Assembly: GCA_037443265.1 (NCBI GenBank)
Contig: JBBIOR010000003.1
Coordinates: forward strand, 30,019 to 94,018
Origin: Candidatus Fraserbacteria bacterium
GTDB lineage: Bacteria; Bipolaricaulota; Bipolaricaulia; RBG-16-55-9
Direction: 5' to 3'
DNA: 64,000 nucleotides
The number at the start of each line of letters is the position of its first letter. Within the stretch, counting starts at the first letter, position 1. A program made the translations under genes and the position numbers. Of this stretch, positions 58,674 to 64,000 are shown in pieces. The notes under the pieces were generated by a model. The model did not search any database. It saw nothing but the letters and a program-made list of their open reading frames with translations, and was not told the origin of the DNA.

Positions 58674-60164
58674 TCACTCAAAAAGAGCCGAAGTGGGTAG
58701 CAGTTCGGGAGGCACGAGATCTTTCTCCACCGCGTAGCGCATCAGGTTCTTCAGTCCGCCCTTGAAATGGAACGCCCGATAGCCCGCCTTTCTCATGAGC
58801 TCCGCCAGATGCGCACTCTTGAGCCCCAGTTCACAGTAGAGCACATATGTGCGAGTTCGATCCAGCGTGCGATAGTCTTCAAGAGCTTTGAAGAAGTCGA
58901 GAGAAAGGGCGCCCGGATAATGCCACGTGCGATAGGAGGCGGGCGAGCGCAGATCGAGGACCACCGCTCCTTGGGGGATCTCTTCGATCTCAATCCCTGG
59001 TGAGGAGAACGCTTGAGCCTTAAGGGTCCTCAAATCGAAGACGCTTCGATGGGCCACGGCTTGCTCGAGCATCCCAAGATCTAGCCTCTCTTCTTCCGCT
59101 AAGACGGCCTTGAGCGAGGCGCGAGTGGCCGGATGGCGGGCCACGATCGCACAATATTCAGCCACGGCTGCGGAGAGCTCATACGTGCCGATTCGGCGCG
59201 CCTGGGCAATGATCTCTTCTTTGTTGTAGCCTAGAAGGGGCCTCAGGACAGGCAGCCGCGCCACTTGCGAGATGACGTGGAGATTTTGAAGCGTCTGAGA
59301 AGAGACTTGGCCTATGGCTTCTCCGGTGACGATGCCCAAGCTATGAGTCTCTTGGGCCACTTGTTCGGCCGCCCGATACATGAGTCGTTTAAGAAGGATC
59401 TGCCAGTAGCGGGGCTGGGTCCTCTCTTGCAGCTCTTTCATCAGGGGCTGGAAGTCGATGGCGTGCAGCCGGGGCCGATCGCCGTAGCTCCATTGATCAG
59501 AGAGGATTTTCAACACGTGTAGGACGCCCTGCTGGTGGGCCACACCTCCCAGATTGCAGAAGAGATAATCGAGGGCGACTCCGCGCTTGAGCATGAGCCA
59601 GGCGGCCACGGCCGAATCAAAGCCTCCGGAGATCAGTACCACGGCACGCCCCTCGACTCCCAAGGGCAACCCACCCGGCCCGGCCACTTGCTCTGTGAAG
59701 AAATACGCCTGCCCATCTCGCACCTCGACATGCACCGTCACTTCCGGGTCCTCGAGATCGACCTTCAGGGCCTGAGGAAGGAGCGCCGCTCCCAGCTGGC
59801 GCTCGATCTCCTGAGCACTGAAGCCCTGGGTTTTTGCTCCGGTACGTCGCGCCCGCACGGCAAAGCGCCTGCCCTGCACGCGCTCTTGGAAGAGCTTTTG
59901 GCCGGCCCGGACGATCTCTGGCAGCTGTCCGCCGGGGTACCGCTCCACCGCCGAGATGGATTGAATGCCAAAGACGCGCGGCAACACCTCCAAGGCCGCG
60001 GGGCTGGATGTTTCCACAAAGAAGCGGCTCCAGTCCCGCTTGAGCTCAAAAGAAAGCCCTTCGAGGGCGTCCGCGATGTTGCGGGCCAAGCGATCTAAGA
60101 AGCGCAGGCGGGTGCGCTTAGCCTTGGTGCTGATCTCGCCGGAGAAGCGAATCAAGATGAGCAT
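58674..60164 (-). CDS. thiI: tRNA 4-thiouridine synthase with rhodanese domain
   Basis: THUMP domain, PP-loop SGGFDS, GQVSSQT, rhodanese YCELGLKS. Confidence 0.94.
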   Translation of the reverse strand: MLILIRFSGEISTKAKRTRLRFLDRLARNIADALEGLSFELKRDWSRFFVETSSPAALEVLPRVFGIQSISAVERYPGGQLPEIVRAGQKLFQERVQGRRFAVRARRTGAKTQGFSAQEIERQLGAALLPQALKVDLEDPEVTVHVEVRDGQAYFFTEQVAGPGGLPLGVEGRAVVLISGGFDSAVAAWLMLKRGVALDYLFCNLGGVAHQQGVLHVLKILSDQWSYGDRPRLHAIDFQPLMKELQERTQPRYWQILLKRLMYRAAEQVAQETHSLGIVTGEAIGQVSSQTLQNLHVISQVARLPVLRPLLGYNKEEIIAQARRIGTYELSAAVAEYCAIVARHPATRASLKAVLAEEERLDLGMLEQAVAHRSVFDLRTLKAQAFSSPGIEIEEIPQGAVVLDLRSPASYRTWHYPGALSLDFFKALEDYRTLDRTRTYVLYCELGLKSAHLAELMRKAGYRAFHFKGGLKNLMRYAVEKDLVPPELLPTSALFE

Positions 60165-60325
60165 ATAGGCGCATTGTAACGGGCCGTTTGCTGGGGTTGC
60201 AAGCCTCGAAATGCCTACTCATCCCGCTTGCAGCTGGGCGCGAAACCCTCTATCATGGCCCTGCGGAGTGCCACAGCGGCCATTGACCGGGCGGAAGCCG
60301 TCCCAGACCAGAAAGGAGCATTCTT

Positions 60326-61480
60326 GTGTTCTCGCGCCGTGATTTAGAAGAACTCTTTGGACTAGAGGAGAATCCCGTCTTGAGCGTCTATCTCCACACG
60401 GATCCAGCTCAGGATCCGAAGGGATCGTATCGCATCTGGCTGAAAGACGCGCTCAAGGCTCTGGAGGGGAAGGTTGATGCTCGCGAGCAGAAGAGATTTC
60501 GTGAGGCCTCGGAGCGGTTGAGTGTCCAAGTGAGAGAGCTTCGGCCTCAGGGCAAATCCTGGGTGGCCTTTGTTGGGAATGGCGTGCAGAGGAGCTATGA
60601 TCTTAGGGTCCCCGTGGAGAATGAAGTCCACTGGGGCAGGCCGCAGCTCACCCAGATCGAGTGGCTCTTGGAGGAGTATCGCCCTTACGGCGTGGTGTTA
60701 GCCGATTCGGAACAGCTGCGCTTCTTCATCGTGGCCATGAATGAGATCCATGAAGTAGATGATCGGGCGCTGGAGCTGGACACAACCGGCTGGAGGCGCA
60801 AGGAGCTCTCTGGGCCGTCTCAGCTCCGCGGAGGTGTAGTCCGCGGGTCCGTGCGAGGCGGCAATGAGCGGGATGCGTATGCCGAGCGCGTCAAAGTCCA
60901 GACCGAGCGCTTCTGGAAGGAAGCCTCAGCAGTCCTGCGCCAGCTCAGGGAACTCCACCAGGCGGAGGAAGTGGTGCTGGGAGGCCCCAAGGCCGTGCGC
61001 GAGCGCTTTCTACAAGCGTTGGGGGCTGAGGCCCATCGGGTGATCGCCCAGGGTTCCTTGTCTTTGGAGTCCACACCGGCGGAGATTCTCGAAGAGAGTT
61101 TGAAGCTGATCCAGGCCCACGAGCGGGGGAGGGAGGAGCGCATTGTCGAAGAACTCTTGCGGCGAGCTTCCACGAGCGATCGGGCCGGGGTGGGGCTGGC
61201 GGCGACGCTGCGGGCTCTGCAAGAGGGTCGAGTGGAGTGCGTCATCGTCTATCGTCGTGCGGAAGCGACCTTGAATGAGTGCGCCGCTTGTGGGTATATC
61301 TTTGAGAAGGGGCAGGTGCAGTGCCCGAACTGCTCCTCCCCACAGCTTAAGGAAACCTCGCTTCGTGCGGTATTGCCGGTGCTATGCCGCCGCTATGGAG
61401 CGGAGCTGGAGATCGTACGCCGGCCCGCGGCGGAGGCACTCCTCCCACACGATAGCCTCGGAGCCCTCTGGAGATATTGA
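60326..61480 (+). CDS. Bacterial aeRF1-like (baeRF) protein with zinc ribbon
   Basis: VLSVYL N-terminus, YGVVLAD, VLGGP, L7Ae-like C-domain with CAAC/CPNC, terminal GALWRY. Confidence 0.8.
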   Translation: MFSRRDLEELFGLEENPVLSVYLHTDPAQDPKGSYRIWLKDALKALEGKVDAREQKRFREASERLSVQVRELRPQGKSWVAFVGNGVQRSYDLRVPVENEVHWGRPQLTQIEWLLEEYRPYGVVLADSEQLRFFIVAMNEIHEVDDRALELDTTGWRRKELSGPSQLRGGVVRGSVRGGNERDAYAERVKVQTERFWKEASAVLRQLRELHQAEEVVLGGPKAVRERFLQALGAEAHRVIAQGSLSLESTPAEILEESLKLIQAHERGREERIVEELLRRASTSDRAGVGLAATLRALQEGRVECVIVYRRAEATLNECAACGYIFEKGQVQCPNCSSPQLKETSLRAVLPVLCRRYGAELEIVRRPAAEALLPHDSLGALWRY

Positions 61481-61561
61481 AAGAGAGCCTGCCGGAGCCG
61501 GAAGGGGCTTCACTTCCGGCTCCAAACAGGGATGGGATTGCGGGGGTGAGAGCACACCCCA

Positions 61562-61771
61562 TCATGGCTTGTAGAATTTGGTGCCGGGGGCCTTAAAGCC
61601 GGCCTTGCTGTGCGTCCCGTCGCAGAGGGGCTTGTTCTGCGAGCCGCCGCAGCGACAGAGCGCCACCCAGGGCTTGTCGATGAGCTGCTCCTTGCCCTGG
61701 GCGTCAACGAACTTCAGCGGCCCTTTGATGAGATTCGGCCCATTCTCTTTCGATTCAATGAGGGGCTCCAT
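61562..61771 (-). CDS. CDGSH iron-sulfur domain protein
   Basis: NGP...ALCRCGGSQNKPLCDGTH. Confidence 0.92.
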   Translation of the reverse strand: MEPLIESKENGPNLIKGPLKFVDAQGKEQLIDKPWVALCRCGGSQNKPLCDGTHSKAGFKAPGTKFYKP

Positions 61772-61940
61772 CGTCCTCACCCCCTCTTAATTAGTGAGTG
61801 GCTCTGTTGGATGATATGGCGCATGTGCTTCAGCCAGAAAGCAACTACTATAATAGCAGCTGGAGCTGATGCGGTCAAGGCCACGCGCCCGGATGGCGGC
61901 GTCCAAGTCAGGCCGCTAGAATAGAAGTCCGAATCGACCG

Positions 61941-62012
61941 GGGCGCATAGCTCAGCGGCAGAGCGTCCGCCTTACACGCGGAAGGTCCCAGGTTCAAATC
62001 CTGGTGCGCCCA
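61941..62012 (+). tRNA. tRNA-Val(TAC), CCA not encoded
   Basis: GGGCGCA/TGCGCCC acceptor stem, anticodon loop CTTACAC, GGTTCAAATCC. Confidence 0.95.
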
Positions 62013-62058
62013 CCCCCTTGCAAGCCCTTTGCGCGATGTGATAGAATGAGCCCGCCAC

Positions 62059-62132
62059 GGGGGTGTAGTGTAGCGGCCTAACACGCTGCCCTGTCAAGGC
62101 AGAGAGCGCGGGTTCAAATCCCGTCATCCCCG
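62059..62132 (+). tRNA. tRNA-Asp(GTC), CCA not encoded
   Basis: GGGGGTG/CATCCCC acceptor stem, anticodon loop CTGTCAA. Confidence 0.95.
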
Positions 62133-62155
62133 CCCATAAATCTCAAGCGGAGCCT

Positions 62156-62228
62156 GCCCAGGTAGCTCAGCTGGTAGAGCACAGGACTGAAAATCCTGGT
62201 GTCGACGGTTCGAGTCCGTCCCTGGGCA
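62156..62228 (+). tRNA. tRNA-Phe(GAA), CCA not encoded
   Basis: GCCCAGG/CCTGGGC acceptor stem, anticodon loop CTGAAAA. Confidence 0.95.
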
Positions 62229-62422
62229 CCCATTCCCCTTATCTTCCATCGGTGACGAACTTCCCTAGAAGCTCACTTCATGGCTCACACAGGACAGAGA
62301 GCCGATCTCCTCCGGCTGCGATTTGGGGCTTTGCCCAATCCCATCCCATCGCGTTTTTGCTCCCCAACCGAAAACGCTTTTCCCATCGGCCTTCTGTCCC
62401 CCCAGCGAGCGCGACCCCCCTA

Positions 62423-62452
62423 TTGACATCCCTCCCCCTCCCTTGTTATCCT
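62423..62452 (+). promoter_or_regulatory. dnaA promoter
   Basis: TTGACA-18-TATCCT with extended -10 TG. Confidence 0.6.
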
Positions 62453-62578
62453 GGGCCCACTTGAAAGACGAGCCGGGACCGTACACCACTTGCGGGCGCT
62501 CTTTCAAGCCCACCATCCTCGATCGGAAGAGGGCAAAAGGGGGCACGGTAGGGTGACACACTCCTCAAAGGAGCGATC

Positions 62579-63652
62579 ATGACCGTCGCACGCATCGACA
62601 GCGAACGAGATCTGTCGGCTCTCAAGACAGAGTACACGTTTGAGCGCTTCATCCGAGGGGACGGGAACCTGCTGGCCTGTTCGGCCTGCCAGGCGGTGGC
62701 CGAATCCCCAGGCAAAGCCTATAACCCGCTCTTTCTCTATGGGAAAGTCGGACTGGGCAAGACGCATCTCTTACACGCCATCGGCAATGAGATCTTAAAA
62801 ACCCAGCCCTGGCTGCGTGTCATCTACATCACATCGGAACGATTTGCCATTGAGCTGGTGCACGCCATCCGCGAGAACCGCACCGACCGCTTCCGCCGCA
62901 CGTATCGAGGGGTCGATCTACTCCTCATCGACGATGTGCATTTCCTCAAGGACAAAGAGGGCACCCAAGAGGAGCTCTTCCACACCTTCAACGAGCTCTA
63001 TGAGCATCGCAAGCAGATTGTGCTTTCCAGCGACCGGCCTCCTGAGGAGCTCTCCCAAATGCAAGAGCGGCTGGTCTCCCGCTTCCGCTGGGGCCTGGTC
63101 GCGGACATCCAGCCGCCGAATTTTGAGACGCGGCTGGCGATTCTAAGAGCTAAGGCCAAGGAGAGCGGACTCGACATCGAGGATGATCTCTTATCGCTGA
63201 TTGCCAAACGGGTCACCTCCAGCGTGCGCGCGCTGGAAGGAGCGCTCATCCGGGCCACCGCCTACGCGGAGCTTCAGGGCCAGAGGCTCACGGCGGAGCT
63301 GGTGGACGCCATCCTGCCTGAGGAGCCACCAAGCGAGCTGCCTTTAGATATCGAGACGATCAAGGCCGAAGTCGCCCGCCGCTACGAGGTGACTGTGGAG
63401 CAGCTCGAAGGAGAAAGGCGCGATAAGAGAATTGCCCAGGCCCGTCATGTGGCGATCTACCTTTCCAGGGAATTGACGAATAGTTCATTTCCCACCATTG
63501 GAAGAGCCTTCGGCCAGCGGGATCACACCACCGTGATGCATGCCTATCGTAAGGTCATGGAGCTGCTCAAGGAGGCCCCACTCTTTCGCAGCGAAATCGA
63601 AGAACTCAAAGAGTCCCTGCAAGCCCGCGGGCCATCTAGCCGAGCAAGATGA
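62579..63652 (+). CDS. dnaA: Chromosomal replication initiator DnaA (domains III-IV only)
   Basis: YTFERF, YNPLFLYGKVGLGKTHL, IDDVHF, RLVSRF, domain IV RDHTTVMHA. SD AAGGAG before the ATG. Confidence 0.93.
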   Translation: MTVARIDSERDLSALKTEYTFERFIRGDGNLLACSACQAVAESPGKAYNPLFLYGKVGLGKTHLLHAIGNEILKTQPWLRVIYITSERFAIELVHAIRENRTDRFRRTYRGVDLLLIDDVHFLKDKEGTQEELFHTFNELYEHRKQIVLSSDRPPEELSQMQERLVSRFRWGLVADIQPPNFETRLAILRAKAKESGLDIEDDLLSLIAKRVTSSVRALEGALIRATAYAELQGQRLTAELVDAILPEEPPSELPLDIETIKAEVARRYEVTVEQLEGERRDKRIAQARHVAIYLSRELTNSSFPTIGRAFGQRDHTTVMHAYRKVMELLKEAPLFRSEIEELKESLQARGPSSRAR

Positions 63653-64000
63653 GCTGATCCCCACAGCCTAGGAGTCTCTTCCAGCGTAGGCTTCCTCCTT
63701 GGCGTTCTTTCAGCTTGTGGGCTAAGGGTCGCCCGTCGATGCGCAGGAGTGAGGTCTGTTCCAGCGCCCGGACCATCGATCTGCCCTTGGCCAGCTTGCA
63801 CGTGCTCCCAGATTGGCGACTCCCCCTTGAGCGTATTCACCCGTTCGACCTCCTGGTCTGAAAGCTCTCTATCCAAACTTACGCCACCCCCTCCTAGTGC
63901 CCAACTCTCAGCGTTCCAGGGCGAGGCCGGATGGAGCACCACAGCCGGTGATGGAGATCACAAAGATCCGACGCAATCGGGATTTTACGGTTACCCGGAT

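Noticed and set aside
63544..63942. 132-aa minus-strand ORF after dnaA
   Set aside because: It overlaps the dnaA 3' end and has no recognisable motif. The region may hold the end of a gene entering from beyond the window, but I cannot support a call.
62230..64000. oriC next to dnaA
   Set aside because: No consensus DnaA-box cluster or AT-rich unwinding element is visible; only weak single matches.

Overview
A GC-rich bacterial chromosomal segment. It is most consistent with Bipolaricaulota/Acetothermia (OP1) or a relative; this is inferred from gene content, not from a database search. In order: (1) a UBact-type ubiquitin-like/proteasome operon (arc-dop-ubact-prcB, running off the left edge); (2) a secreted subtilase with a T9SS-CTD-like tail, tRNA-Ala, two zinc-ribbon genes, and RNase P RNA; (3) tmRNA split in its T-loop by a 576-nt group I (IA-like) intron carrying an apparently degenerate LAGLIDADG ORF, with an atypical tag (ANEFAYAAPSLN); (4) a ~23 kb carbohydrate region with two ABC importers, two GDE-like hydrolases, GalT, TreT, MscS, two LacI regulators and pfkA-lacD-gap; (5) an archaeal-type mre11-rad50-nurA-herA module attached to the rpsO-pnp-M16 operon; (6) housekeeping genes (trpS, serS, rnpA, greA, lysS, thiI); (7) a Cys-less thiolase pair plus two DUF35 proteins resembling Ltp3/Ltp4; (8) an aeRF1-like protein without GGQ, three tRNAs, and a DnaA lacking domains I-II. 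No CRISPR array, transposase or prophage was seen. All calls come from reading motifs by eye.
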